From the IMG/VR virus record IMGVR_UViG_3300042543_000618, positions 1 through 64,000 of that record: DNA of 64,000 nt; one strand, written 5' to 3'. The position numbers were made by a program, and so were the translations under genes. This stretch comes from a virus (Duplodnaviria; Caudoviricetes). Shown here piece by piece: positions 48,123 through 57,901 of the stretch (positions are counted from its first letter, which is position 1; every line of letters starts with the position of its first letter). The notes beneath the pieces are model-generated. The model was not told the origin of the DNA, made no database searches, and worked only from the letters and a program-made list of their open reading frames with translations.

Positions 48123-48689
48123 CTAGGGAAGCGCGATCAACCCGCCGCCATCGCTTAGGGTTTGGTCAATCGCTGAGAAGGACACGTTTTCCATGATCAA
48201 GGTGTCCTGGGCGGTGAAATTACACTCCCAGGAGTTGATCACACAACCAAAGATCGTGCCAATGATGCCGCCACCACCGGACAGGTCCTGGGGGCCTTGG
48301 GTGGGGGCATAGAGCTGAGGGACGCCTACCCCGGCACTGCCCCGACGGGCAATCACAATGTCAAACTCGGGCATGTTGGTGATGGTCGCCGCTCGGCTGG
48401 TGCGATCGATGATGCCACCAGACACCGATGCCAAGCGTTTCATCAAGTCGCCATACTTGAGCAGCATGGAGCTGATTCGCCCTTGGTATTGTTTGATGCC
48501 AGGGACAAATTCGACAGCGCGATCGCTGCCAATTTCGATAGCGGGTCTTGCCTGGGTTTGGGCGGAGATCGAAATCGACTGGATTCGCCCTAGGCGTAAC
48601 CCGTTGATGACTAGAGCAATGTCAAGGCTGTATTCAGCCCTAGCAAGGACAGAATTTTCAACCCTGCTGTATTGGGTACGGAAGGCCAA
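48123..48689 (-). CDS. Tail tube protein
   Basis: Follows the sheath; GRIQSI......P..EIG....EFVPG. Confidence 0.8.
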   Translation of the reverse strand: MAFRTQYSRVENSVLARAEYSLDIALVINGLRLGRIQSISISAQTQARPAIEIGSDRAVEFVPGIKQYQGRISSMLLKYGDLMKRLASVSGGIIDRTSRAATITNMPEFDIVIARRGSAGVGVPQLYAPTQGPQDLSGGGGIIGTIFGCVINSWECNFTAQDTLIMENVSFSAIDQTLSDGGGLIALP

Positions 48690-48725
48690 AATAACACCTC
48701 CTGGGGTGAATAAGGTTGGTTAGGC

Positions 48726-51140
48726 TTACGCGGCCACGGTGGCGGTATCTGGCACCGGCGCCAGGATTTGCGAGTTCAGGATAAAGTCGATCGCGGGGGC
48801 CGGGTAGATCTTGTAGGTCACGTCGATCGCGCTGCGGTTGGTTTGGTTGAGCGTCGCCGCCGTAAAGCTGGGGTCGTAACCGTAGATGATGGCCTGACTG
48901 CTAAGCCGGTCTAGGGTAAGGTTCACCGCCTCGCGGATGAGCCCCAGGGTGGTGCCATCTAACGCCTTGCCGATGAATAGGGTTTCCTCCAGGTCGCGTA
49001 CCGTCTGGGCCACGTAGTCGCTCTGGTTGATAATTGAGATTTGCTCAAATACGACAGAGGAACGGGCGGTGGTAATGGCCCGGGTCACACGGAAGCCCCG
49101 GGACTCCCGCACCAGGGTAGGGTCACGCTCGATAGTTAGAATGCCGGAGACGATCGCATCATCTAGCTCGGTACTACCGGGCTGGTACTCAAATTCAGCA
49201 GCGGTGATATTGGTTAGGAAGGTATGGGTAATCGGGTCAGAAACGCCATTGCCTTCAGCCGCTAGCATTCCCGCCACGATCGCGGTAGTGGCATAGGCAG
49301 AAGAATAGGTACGTTGGCTGCCGGTCACCAGGTCCGCCATGCGTAGCCCGGGGGAGACAAATACGACCCGTTCGCTGTTAAAGGTTTCCGCCCTGGCCCG
49401 GATTTGTGATTGGGTCCAGCCTAGGGCATGGCCCAAGATACAGATCCGCTCCCGCCGTTGGGCGGTAGTGGACATCAACCGGCAATGGTCGGCAAAGGCG
49501 GCTTGAACGCCTGCATCGGTGACGCCAGCGGGCACTAGGTAGCGCAGGGGCGTATATTTCACCTTATCGAGGGCTTCCAGCCATCGTTGCAGGGTGGGAA
49601 CAGAGTCAAAGCCATTGCTAAGGATAATGGAGCCGGAGGGCGGCAATGGGTCAATGCCACCGGCTAGGGACACACCACCGGCGGCCACTAACACCGTCGT
49701 CTGGGTGTTAACCAGGATATTAGTTTTCCAGCCATTGGCACTGATGCCCGGGGGTACGGCGGTCAGGGTGATGGTGCTGGTGTAGGTGCCTGCATTGTAG
49801 GCGGCACTGGCAACAGCGTAGGCGCTCCAGTCATTGGACTCGTTGATCAGTCGGGCCAGCTCGATACCTACCGCCTGGATGGTATCGCCAGGCAGGGTGG
49901 AGTAGAACACCGTTAGGGGGCCTTCGGCGCGATCGCTGGGGGTAAGCGACAGGCTCAGGTATTGGCCACCCCGTTGCAGGATGCCATTGGCGGGTAGCTG
50001 GGTCTCGATCGCTTCAGTGGCAGGCTGGGAGGGCGGATCTACCACCAGGGTTTGCCGGAACACTAGGGACGCACTAGCGGCGGTGCCAGCGGCAATGGTG
50101 CCAGCGTCTAGCTTTTGCACCGTGCGCACCCGGTCTAAGCCGGTGCCATCCCATTCGTAATGAACAATCTGATAGGTGCCGGCGTAGTCACCGGAGGCGA
50201 TGGTAAAGGTAGAGCCAATAATACCTTTGTTGGTGGCATGCTGCCAGGTTTGGCCACTAGGCAGGGCAAAGCGGTAGATATTAGCACCATAGGCGGTGGT
50301 GGTGACCACCATGTTAGTAACCGCTTGGGTGTAAACGTTCTCCTTGCGGACAACGTTGTAGGTGCCATTGACAGTGGCGGGCAGGGCCGCTGATACCGTC
50401 ACGGTGGCAGGCGTTGGGGTTAGGTTAGTCCCATCCCAGGAGAAGGCGAGCGAGTCGGTGGTATTCACCCGCAAGCTAGCCGGGTATTGGTAGAAGAATG
50501 CGGCATTGGTAATCTCACTAGCGCCGGTCAGTGTTGCCTTGCCGTCACTGGTGGAGGTAGCGATCGTTAGGGTCTGGGTTGCCTTGGTGCCGCCAGCGGT
50601 GGCCCGCACCGATACCGGTGACTCAGCATTTAAGCGCTCAAGCAACTGGGAGACAGAGGGGACATTGTCAATGGTCTGCTTATAGGCTGTCCCATTGAGT
50701 TGGGTGCCAGCAATCACCGCCTGGGTACCCTGGATGGAGCCGGGTAAAAACTGAACGCTGAAGGTATTGCCGTAGCCGCCAAAGTCCTTAAATTCACCCA
50801 CTAGGGTGGTGCCATTGTTGGTGAGGGTGCCGGAGGCTTTGGCGGAATTGTCCGCCCGTACCCCTAGCACTAGGGGCGCACCGCCCTTGACGCCACCGCG
50901 AAAGGTAAGGGTGATGGCATCAGCCAAGGGTGAACCAGCACCAAATACCTGCTGGGCTTGGTTAGCATTTTTGAATGCGTAGGTGGTCAGGGGCGTGCCA
51001 CCTAGGGCTGCACCTAGCACACAAACAACATTGGGGGCAAATTCCTGGGCCAACTCCAGGGCGGAGGCATCCACCTGGGTGTAGGCGCCGGGTTGCAGAA
51101 TACGGCTAACGGGCCGACCGAAAACAACACTAGAAGCCAT
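48726..51140 (-). CDS. Contractile tail sheath protein
   Basis: PGAYT.VD, G.A.GG, NSERVV.V.PG, AGM.A, P.T, FIGK motifs; large central insertion. Confidence 0.9.
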   Translation of the reverse strand: MASSVVFGRPVSRILQPGAYTQVDASALELAQEFAPNVVCVLGAALGGTPLTTYAFKNANQAQQVFGAGSPLADAITLTFRGGVKGGAPLVLGVRADNSAKASGTLTNNGTTLVGEFKDFGGYGNTFSVQFLPGSIQGTQAVIAGTQLNGTAYKQTIDNVPSVSQLLERLNAESPVSVRATAGGTKATQTLTIATSTSDGKATLTGASEITNAAFFYQYPASLRVNTTDSLAFSWDGTNLTPTPATVTVSAALPATVNGTYNVVRKENVYTQAVTNMVVTTTAYGANIYRFALPSGQTWQHATNKGIIGSTFTIASGDYAGTYQIVHYEWDGTGLDRVRTVQKLDAGTIAAGTAASASLVFRQTLVVDPPSQPATEAIETQLPANGILQRGGQYLSLSLTPSDRAEGPLTVFYSTLPGDTIQAVGIELARLINESNDWSAYAVASAAYNAGTYTSTITLTAVPPGISANGWKTNILVNTQTTVLVAAGGVSLAGGIDPLPPSGSIILSNGFDSVPTLQRWLEALDKVKYTPLRYLVPAGVTDAGVQAAFADHCRLMSTTAQRRERICILGHALGWTQSQIRARAETFNSERVVFVSPGLRMADLVTGSQRTYSSAYATTAIVAGMLAAEGNGVSDPITHTFLTNITAAEFEYQPGSTELDDAIVSGILTIERDPTLVRESRGFRVTRAITTARSSVVFEQISIINQSDYVAQTVRDLEETLFIGKALDGTTLGLIREAVNLTLDRLSSQAIIYGYDPSFTAATLNQTNRSAIDVTYKIYPAPAIDFILNSQILAPVPDTATVAA

Positions 51141-51149
51141 GGGAGTTTC

Positions 51150-51302
51150 CTATTGAACTGGAGTGAGTAATGCCCGTTGCCATAGCCGTCGCCATTCGTC
51201 TAGCGATCGCGGCTCGGTGTGGCCTGCCAGCGTTGCCAGGGCGGCGGCGCGTTGATGGTCTGACAGGTATTGATTAGCGAATAATTCAAGCGTTATCGGC
51301 AT
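51150..51302 (-). CDS. Small protein preceding the sheath gene (50 aa)
   Basis: Read manually: MPITLELFANQY...RSLDEWRRLW... Confidence 0.55.
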   Translation of the reverse strand: MPITLELFANQYLSDHQRAAALATLAGHTEPRSLDEWRRLWQRALLTPVQ

Positions 51303-52041
51303 AGAGTCTATCCGGGGAAATGATGTCGTTAAGTTGGTTCAACCCTTCGCCTGCTGCACCAGCCCAAATGCCGCCGGGGCCAAAATTCTCCCAGGCGAAA
51401 GCGTATTGCAATCGGTCTACGTCGGTCACTACCGATAGGTCGTAGGTGGCAGCAAAGGTCAGGCGGGACACGTAAAATTCAAACCCTGGCTGGCTTTGGG
51501 TGCCTTGGTATTCCACCTGGTCGTCGGCGGCATTAGTACAGTTCAGTTGGTAAAAGCCCAGTGTCCTCAATTGTGGAAGTGCCCATAGGGTGGCGTCTAG
51601 GCAATATTGCTGGAACCAGATGTGCAGGTCATCGCGTAGACGTTCGTTAGTACAACAGATGGCCGCCTCTAGTTGGTCGTTGACCAATAGCCCTGAAAAT
51701 TTACGAACCGTCAGCCCACGCCCGGGCAGTTGTACAGACTCCTCGTGCCAGTCCAAGTCCACCCCGGTGGGTTTGTTGGTCGAGCCGAGCCGGAGGATAG
51801 CGATGCGCGGGCAGTGCTGACGGGCGGTCGGATAGGCGCTAGTCACATCCAATGGCAACCATTGGTTAGCGCGACTATCCCCATGGTCTGCCTTGAGACG
51901 CCTGACGGCAGCCTCATTAACGTCCTTGGCAAATTGTCGGGCAATGTCCAGTAAAACGGTCTTTCCATCACAGGGGTAGGGAAACCGTTCACCAAAAAGG
52001 GCGCTTTCACCCCCAGCTAGGTTGCTATCCACTGATGGCAA
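51286..52041 (-). CDS. Tail completion/terminator protein
   Basis: Synteny; YP.....P.IAI motif. Confidence 0.55.
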   Translation of the reverse strand: MPSVDSNLAGGESALFGERFPYPCDGKTVLLDIARQFAKDVNEAAVRRLKADHGDSRANQWLPLDVTSAYPTARQHCPRIAILRLGSTNKPTGVDLDWHEESVQLPGRGLTVRKFSGLLVNDQLEAAICCTNERLRDDLHIWFQQYCLDATLWALPQLRTLGFYQLNCTNAADDQVEYQGTQSQPGFEFYVSRLTFAATYDLSVVTDVDRLQYAFAWENFGPGGIWAGAAGEGLNQLNDIISPDRLYADNA

Positions 52042-52092
52042 TCTCGAAGACGAGGATAGCTAAAAGTGCGGCGATCGCAATAAACCACAACA

Positions 52093-52686
52093 TCAGAAGC
52101 CATGCTCCTTTAGAACGTCTTGAACCGCCGCCGCGATCGCCTGCTGGATTTCCGGGTCCGCCCGGTTGACGGCTGACTCGAACCAGTATTTGCCAGCCAT
52201 TGGCGGTAACGTCGTGGCAAAGAAATAACGGCCACTAATGCCCCTAAAGCCGTTCTCGCCATTGACAAGCTGATGATTACCGCCTGGGATCGTAAGTCGT
52301 GCTTTGGACGCATAGCCAGCCTTAGCGCTAGGGGTGTACTTAGGGCGCACCTCACCCCGGCCTGTCTCCAGGATGGCGAGGTAATTCCATTCCTCCGGGT
52401 TGTCCGCATAGCGGGTCATTGCAGAGGCATAGATGCGAGAGCGAAAAGGAGAACCGTAGGGGTACTCCGCCTGGACGCTAGCGGCACCGCGTCCGGTGCG
52501 CTTTTGGATGACATGGCCACCAGTACGGCTATTGAAGGGCACACCGCTTAGGTGTTCCTTGCCGTAGGTGGCAACCAGGTCGGAGGCATCCTGGATCGCT
52601 ACCTTGGCAATCTCAGGGATAAGTTCTTTCACCTGGGTCAGCCCAAACTGGCCAGATTTCAGGTTGATGGCATAGCGGTAGGCCAT
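52093..52686 (-). CDS. Neck protein (HK97 gp10-like)
   Basis: RTG....S, Y.AILE.G, P.......F..A motifs. Confidence 0.6.
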   Translation of the reverse strand: MAYRYAINLKSGQFGLTQVKELIPEIAKVAIQDASDLVATYGKEHLSGVPFNSRTGGHVIQKRTGRGAASVQAEYPYGSPFRSRIYASAMTRYADNPEEWNYLAILETGRGEVRPKYTPSAKAGYASKARLTIPGGNHQLVNGENGFRGISGRYFFATTLPPMAGKYWFESAVNRADPEIQQAIAAAVQDVLKEHGF

Positions 52687-52892
52687 TATTTAGCCGGTGC
52701 TTCCTTAGCAGGCTTGGGAGCGGTGATTTCTTCTACCGTGAAGCGATCGCCATAGAGGGCGTTTAGCTCCTCCTGGAGGGCCACTACCTGTACACCCACC
52801 ACCGGTTCCCCGATCGCCACTAGCTTAGCCACCGGCAAGTAGATAGAACCGGACTCAATTTCACCAGTGGTGTCAATAACGCGATAACCCAT
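52686..52892 (-). CDS. Small hypothetical protein
   Basis: Coupled operon member. Confidence 0.5.
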   Translation of the reverse strand: MGYRVIDTTGEIESGSIYLPVAKLVAIGEPVVGVQVVALQEELNALYGDRFTVEEITAPKPAKEAPAK

Positions 52893-53382
52893 CTTCCTTT
52901 ACTCCAAACCGTTCGCGGGATAGAAAAACTTGAAAGGCGGCAACGGTATCACCCATCTGGCACGGCATCACCGGCGCGGTGGCGTAGTAGATGCCGCCTG
53001 CTATCTGAAACCGGTCCTGACGCTTTGGGCGATCGTCGACCACCACAAATACCTCGCCCGGATCTTGCACCAGGTAAAGGCTTGCCTCACCCTGGTAGTA
53101 GATGCCGCCCTTGTCCTGGAATGGCGTTTGTTTGGGCCTACAAAAAATGCCCTTCAGTGGGTTGTTTGGGTTGGGCCGGTAGTCGATGCCGGAGTCAAAC
53201 AACCCGCTTGTGGGCGCTAGGTAGTCAGGCTGCCCAGCCTCGTTATAGGTCGCCTGCTTAGCCTCCACCGCCTTCCAATGGTAGACAGTGGTGCCAACCA
53301 TTGGACTGGATGCGATCGCGGCGATCGCCTGGCGGATAAAGATGCCTTGCGGCGTCTCTGTAAAACCGAGGCTGGGCTGCAT
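52873..53382 (-). CDS. Head closure/stopper protein
   Basis: Synteny; QDRFQI.G..Y. Confidence 0.5.
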   Translation of the reverse strand: MQPSLGFTETPQGIFIRQAIAAIASSPMVGTTVYHWKAVEAKQATYNEAGQPDYLAPTSGLFDSGIDYRPNPNNPLKGIFCRPKQTPFQDKGGIYYQGEASLYLVQDPGEVFVVVDDRPKRQDRFQIAGGIYYATAPVMPCQMGDTVAAFQVFLSRERFGVKEDGLSRY

Positions 53383-53384
53383 GG

Positions 53385-54203
53385 TTAGAACATTTCCAGG
53401 ATAGCCATCACCTCGATGGCCCCACCGGCGATCGCGGTGGAGGTGTCGGTCTGGTTGTACTGGAAGGATAGGGAGGGTACATCGTACCAGGACAGGGCGT
53501 CAGCACTAGCAGCCACATCTCGAACGATGGTGCCAGCGGTTACTAAGTCAGCGTCGTCAATGGTGACTAAGCTAACGGCGCTAGCGGTGCCTTGCTTCAC
53601 CTTGAAGATGAAGTCATCACCAGCGGTATTGCCAGCGGTAGCCGCGATCGCCACTCGGGCATGGGCATAGGTTAGCCGTACGTTTTTTAGCCCGATGGCA
53701 GGGACGCTCCAGGTGAAAAAGGTAACGTCTGAACCCTTGGTGCACTTGGCCAGGTTAACGACACCCCGTACGCCAAAGCGGCAAGCGCCATAGTTGTACT
53801 GCTGGCCAATGTGCAGGATCGAGGCGGTGGCTTCATTGTCGGTAGAGAGGCTACCGATTAGCACATCGCTGACCAGGGGCGCGGCATTGTTGGTATCGCC
53901 GTAGGTGAGCCCCTTAAGGCCGAAGTAGATATTTTTGTTGCTGAGGTTCTTGGCAGCCGCGGCGGTCACCTTAGGGCCGTAGGGGCCGATTACCTTATCG
54001 CCCTCGACGATGACGCCAGAGGTGAGGGTAGGGGTCAGCCCGGTGGTAATGGCACCGCTACTGAGCGGTAAGCCTAGCTCTAGCCCGGCGCGGATGCCTT
54101 CACCGGGTTGCAGGTATTCCAGGCTTTTGCGTAGGCTATGCTCCCAGCCTTGCTCGGGCTGAGAGATGGGGGGGAAGGGAGAGGTTTGGGGATTGAGAGG
54201 CAT
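53385..54203 (-). CDS. Capsid decoration/minor head protein
   Basis: Beta-rich; N-terminal LRKS site. Confidence 0.5.
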   Translation of the reverse strand: MPLNPQTSPFPPISQPEQGWEHSLRKSLEYLQPGEGIRAGLELGLPLSSGAITTGLTPTLTSGVIVEGDKVIGPYGPKVTAAAAKNLSNKNIYFGLKGLTYGDTNNAAPLVSDVLIGSLSTDNEATASILHIGQQYNYGACRFGVRGVVNLAKCTKGSDVTFFTWSVPAIGLKNVRLTYAHARVAIAATAGNTAGDDFIFKVKQGTASAVSLVTIDDADLVTAGTIVRDVAASADALSWYDVPSLSFQYNQTDTSTAIAGGAIEVMAILEMF

Positions 54204-54213
54204 GGTCGTTTCC

Positions 54214-55551
54214 TTACAAAATGTCTAGGTCAAGTCGAGCGTAGCTATCCAGTATTAAGTTGGCCGATAGTTGCCAGCTTGGTGAAAACTGGGTGAACAG
54301 TTGTCCAAAGTTCAAATTCACACAACCAATCGAAAGCGCTTGCATCCCCTGGGTGAGCGCTTGTTGCCAGAAAATTGCTTGCCGGACGGCGGCCATGTTG
54401 GCGATCGCCTCAGCAATGTCGGTGGGGATCTTGTCAAACCCGGCGGTGTAGGTTAACTCCACGTTGTTTAGTCCGGGCGGTAGGGTGGCAAAGGTGCCAA
54501 TGCCAATATCAGCGCCGACGGCGAACCCCCAGTCCCAATAGTCCCAAATATTTTGGTTGATGGTAATCACCCCGGTTTCCGCGTCGCCGTGGAGTAATTG
54601 GGCGCCGCTGCTGCGGATATTGAGCGGGTCAAAGTCTTTTTCGGTATAGCGCCTGAACAAAGTGCGGCTATAGCTGAGCGCATCTATCTTAAAAAACTCA
54701 TCAGCAACAAAAGGACGTTCGCGTAGGTGGACCTGTCGTTGGCGATTAAGGCCATTGTACGCCTGACGGATGTATCGCCACTTGGCAAAGCGTCTGCCGG
54801 TGCGGCGTTCGCCTTCGGCGGTCGCTTCCTCCAAGCACCGCAACACATAGCGGCTATAGGCGGTCTCCACATAGGTGGTAGCAAGGTTCTCCGGTCCGTT
54901 GTAGTAAAGGGTGTTGCCCACCCTGGCCCAGCTTCGTTCGTAGCGGGTGGCTAAATCCTTGTAGTCCACCTGGGCGGCGTGTTGGTCATCCACCCATAGC
55001 CCATACAACACTTGGTCGTCCGCTAGTTCCGCCTCCCAGTAACCTAGGGCATTTAGTTCCCAGTCCAGCCCCACCAGGGGGACGGCAATCTGAACCGATG
55101 CGCCAGGGACACTCCCTAGTACCTCTAGCACCTCCCTAGGGGCGGCATAGACTAGAGCACCGTTGACACAGTAGCTAGTTGCCGCAGGCGGCGTAGCGGT
55201 GGTGAAGGGCTCACTATGCTGAAGGGTACCATAGGCGACTACCTCCAGCGTATAGCCTTGGTCAAGTTTGATCTTGTCCCAGATACTTTGGTCTGGCACC
55301 ACCCGCACCACGCCCCGCTTGGCATGGCGGATGCTAATTACCGTCGTACTACTGACAGCGATCGCATTGTTGCCATCCCGCCAGCGTACTGTCAATGCCC
55401 TAGGGACACTTACCCCCAGGACGGTAATAGTAGCCGGTGTTAGGTCGAGTTCATCGCCCGGTCCCCGGTTGGAGTTGGCCCACAACTGTATGTCAATGGG
55501 CCAATTATCCAACCAGGGATACTCGAACGAGGTGCCATAGGTGACAGGCAT
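54214..55551 (-). CDS. Head-tail adaptor protein
   Basis: LEEAT...ER.T.R.F; N...TYTAGF..IP.DI..A. Confidence 0.7.
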   Translation of the reverse strand: MPVTYGTSFEYPWLDNWPIDIQLWANSNRGPGDELDLTPATITVLGVSVPRALTVRWRDGNNAIAVSSTTVISIRHAKRGVVRVVPDQSIWDKIKLDQGYTLEVVAYGTLQHSEPFTTATPPAATSYCVNGALVYAAPREVLEVLGSVPGASVQIAVPLVGLDWELNALGYWEAELADDQVLYGLWVDDQHAAQVDYKDLATRYERSWARVGNTLYYNGPENLATTYVETAYSRYVLRCLEEATAEGERRTGRRFAKWRYIRQAYNGLNRQRQVHLRERPFVADEFFKIDALSYSRTLFRRYTEKDFDPLNIRSSGAQLLHGDAETGVITINQNIWDYWDWGFAVGADIGIGTFATLPPGLNNVELTYTAGFDKIPTDIAEAIANMAAVRQAIFWQQALTQGMQALSIGCVNLNFGQLFTQFSPSWQLSANLILDSYARLDLDIL

Positions 55552-56057
55552 TAGCTAAGGATGCTAAGGAGTTCCTGTGCCTTTTTCTCAACACCCTTGC
55601 TTGTATCTGCGTCGATTACCGCCTGTAGGTAGGCGCGGCGCAGTTCAACCGGCAAGGTTTCATTGAGAGCCGTATTTTCAACGATGGGCGTCGATTGGGC
55701 GATCGTTAGTCCCTTTAACTTTTCCACTTCCACCTGGATTAACTCCAGGTCATCGGTAGATAGGACAAAGGGTTCTGCCGAGGATTCCTCGGCAACTGGT
55801 TCCGGCTCAACCGGGGCGGCGATCGCTACCGCATCCGTACTTAGGTCCACCAGCGATAGGCGGAAATGGCGTTGGATGCGCGGCTCGAAGGACTCAAGCA
55901 ACGCGGCGATCGCGGCGGCGGTGTCATCGCTTACCTCGTAGGGCACATCCACCGCAAAGGTGAATGAACCCTTCTCCCCAGGCTTGCCGCCCGGCACCTG
56001 CGGAACCGGCGCGCCTAGCCCAGGGAAGCGATCGCTATGTAGGGTTAACTGTTTCAT
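55551..56057 (-). CDS. Hypothetical protein downstream of the major capsid gene
   Basis: 168 aa acidic; synteny. Confidence 0.55.
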   Translation of the reverse strand: MKQLTLHSDRFPGLGAPVPQVPGGKPGEKGSFTFAVDVPYEVSDDTAAAIAALLESFEPRIQRHFRLSLVDLSTDAVAIAAPVEPEPVAEESSAEPFVLSTDDLELIQVEVEKLKGLTIAQSTPIVENTALNETLPVELRRAYLQAVIDADTSKGVEKKAQELLSILS

Positions 56058-56059
56058 GA

Positions 56060-57049
56060 CTACGGTTGAGACGGAACGTTGAGAATCTCGACAATAGCTT
56101 CAGGATACCTTACAGTAAAGGCTAATCTTTCACGAGCCCTGATACCCACTTGGTCCGTTTGGCTTAGCAGTTCCTGATATACCCTGATGTTAAATCGCTG
56201 CCAGTCGCCAATGGCAAAGGCTGATTGGTTCATTACCAGGGCTTTTCCGTAGGCGTCACCGGGTTGCGCATCCAGGAAGGTGGTAGCGATGACCGGGGCG
56301 CCAGCTAGGCGTCCGATCTCACCGGTGAAGATACCAGCGCCAGAGCCATAGGCGTAGCTGCTCATGGTTTGGAAGCTACGGTTACGCAGGAGGGCTTCCT
56401 CCCAGGCTAGGCCCACCATCACCACTACGTCGCGCTTATTGCGTCCGTAGATGCCCAGGTAGCGCATGGCGCGTACTAGGTTGCTAGTGGCGGTGCTGGA
56501 GTCCACCGAATTGGTGCTGGAGTCCAGTGTGGCGTCGTAGGTGTAGGGCGTCGCGGCGGCCTGGGCGAATAGCCCATTAAAGACATTCTTAGGGTCGCCG
56601 GGGCCATGGTCGACGGTGGTATCACCTAGCAGGAAGGCCAGTTCTTCCGCCTGGGCGAATTCCCGTGCCATTTCCTCTTTCAGCATCCCTTCAATATCTC
56701 GAATGGTGCTGTCCTCGAATACTTCCTGGTCCACGGGTAGCCAGGTCATCAGCTTTTCGGGCACCAAGTCGATACTATCGAGCCGTGCCTTAAATTCCGG
56801 CGCCGGTTGGCCCGCTTTGACGCTGTAGGCACCCTGGGCGCGTACCAGCTTGGGGATGCGGATCTTGGGCTTGGTCATATTGATCAGGCTTTTGCTGCGG
56901 TCAGCGATCTGACGCATAAAGCATTGTTGCCGGATCAGGGGGATCACCTCGGAGGCGATCGTGGTTTGGAGGGTAACCTCGGCACCACCACCATCGCTAA
57001 TGCCTAGCGATTTCAGTAGCGCCCGACGGGTCAGGGCTGCGTTCGTCAT
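56060..57049 (-). CDS. Major capsid protein (HK97 fold)
   Basis: KL......S/D.E..EDS, FA..EE.AFL.GD, G.L.G.PV, R..F.V..PEA motifs. Confidence 0.92.
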   Translation of the reverse strand: MTNAALTRRALLKSLGISDGGGAEVTLQTTIASEVIPLIRQQCFMRQIADRSKSLINMTKPKIRIPKLVRAQGAYSVKAGQPAPEFKARLDSIDLVPEKLMTWLPVDQEVFEDSTIRDIEGMLKEEMAREFAQAEELAFLLGDTTVDHGPGDPKNVFNGLFAQAAATPYTYDATLDSSTNSVDSSTATSNLVRAMRYLGIYGRNKRDVVVMVGLAWEEALLRNRSFQTMSSYAYGSGAGIFTGEIGRLAGAPVIATTFLDAQPGDAYGKALVMNQSAFAIGDWQRFNIRVYQELLSQTDQVGIRARERLAFTVRYPEAIVEILNVPSQP

Positions 57050-57079
57050 GGTTTGGGGTCCTTATGTCGTAGCTAGAAA

Positions 57080-57886
57080 TTAATCGTCGTCAGCCTCATC
57101 GGCTGAAAATGGCAGTGGCTCACCCGCTTGTTGTGAATGGTATTGCAGCAAAAGGGCATCACCGAAGGAGACGGGGCGGTCCAGGTCATCGCCGTCCCAG
57201 CCAAGGCTGGCAGCACTCTTTACTAGGTCCTCATCGCTGACGATCGCACCAGCGACGCCCTTACGACTGCCATAACGCTGGCCCTTGGCTGCCTTGCGCA
57301 TCTGGCGTAGGTCGGGGATAGCGTCCGGGTCTTCGTTGTCCTCCGGGTCACGGGCGGCGATCGCTTGTTGGATGCCGGATTCAATCGCGCTCTTGATCAA
57401 GTTCTCTAGCGGGATTTCGTCCGGCGCTTGGTCCTGGGCGCGTTGGCTGATGCCTGCTGCTTTCTCTAATTGGTTGACGCGATCTACTAGGGGGCCTTCG
57501 TACTCGGTGCCAAGGATAGTTTCTTCGAGGGCAGCGACGGCATCAAGCAAAGAACCACCCCGGGCGCTTTTCTTAAGGCCAGTGTGGTTCTCTAGCTGAC
57601 TGACGCGATCGTGCAGGGAGGAGCCACCCATGCCGCTGTCGTCCATGTCATCCTCGTCATCGGCGTCCATGGCTTCAGGGGCATCCATGTCCTCGTCATC
57701 CTCTTCCATCATGTCCTCGTCGTCGGGGTCCATAGCGGGAGGGGCACCGGCGGCCATGGGTGGGGCACCATTGGCGGCGGGGGCACCAGCGGTCGGGGGC
57801 GCACCGGCACCCGCCTGGGCAGATTGCAGAATTTGTAAGCCTTGTTGGAATACTCCCATCAAGGCTTGTAGGGTTTGTGGGTCCAT
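57080..57886 (-). CDS. Capsid scaffolding protein
   Basis: Acidic, coiled coil, between protease and capsid genes; multiple LxK[A/S] sites. Confidence 0.7.
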   Translation of the reverse strand: MDPQTLQALMGVFQQGLQILQSAQAGAGAPPTAGAPAANGAPPMAAGAPPAMDPDDEDMMEEDDEDMDAPEAMDADDEDDMDDSGMGGSSLHDRVSQLENHTGLKKSARGGSLLDAVAALEETILGTEYEGPLVDRVNQLEKAAGISQRAQDQAPDEIPLENLIKSAIESGIQQAIAARDPEDNEDPDAIPDLRQMRKAAKGQRYGSRKGVAGAIVSDEDLVKSAASLGWDGDDLDRPVSFGDALLLQYHSQQAGEPLPFSADEADDD

Positions 57887-57901
57887 TTTCTAGTTACCTA
57901 G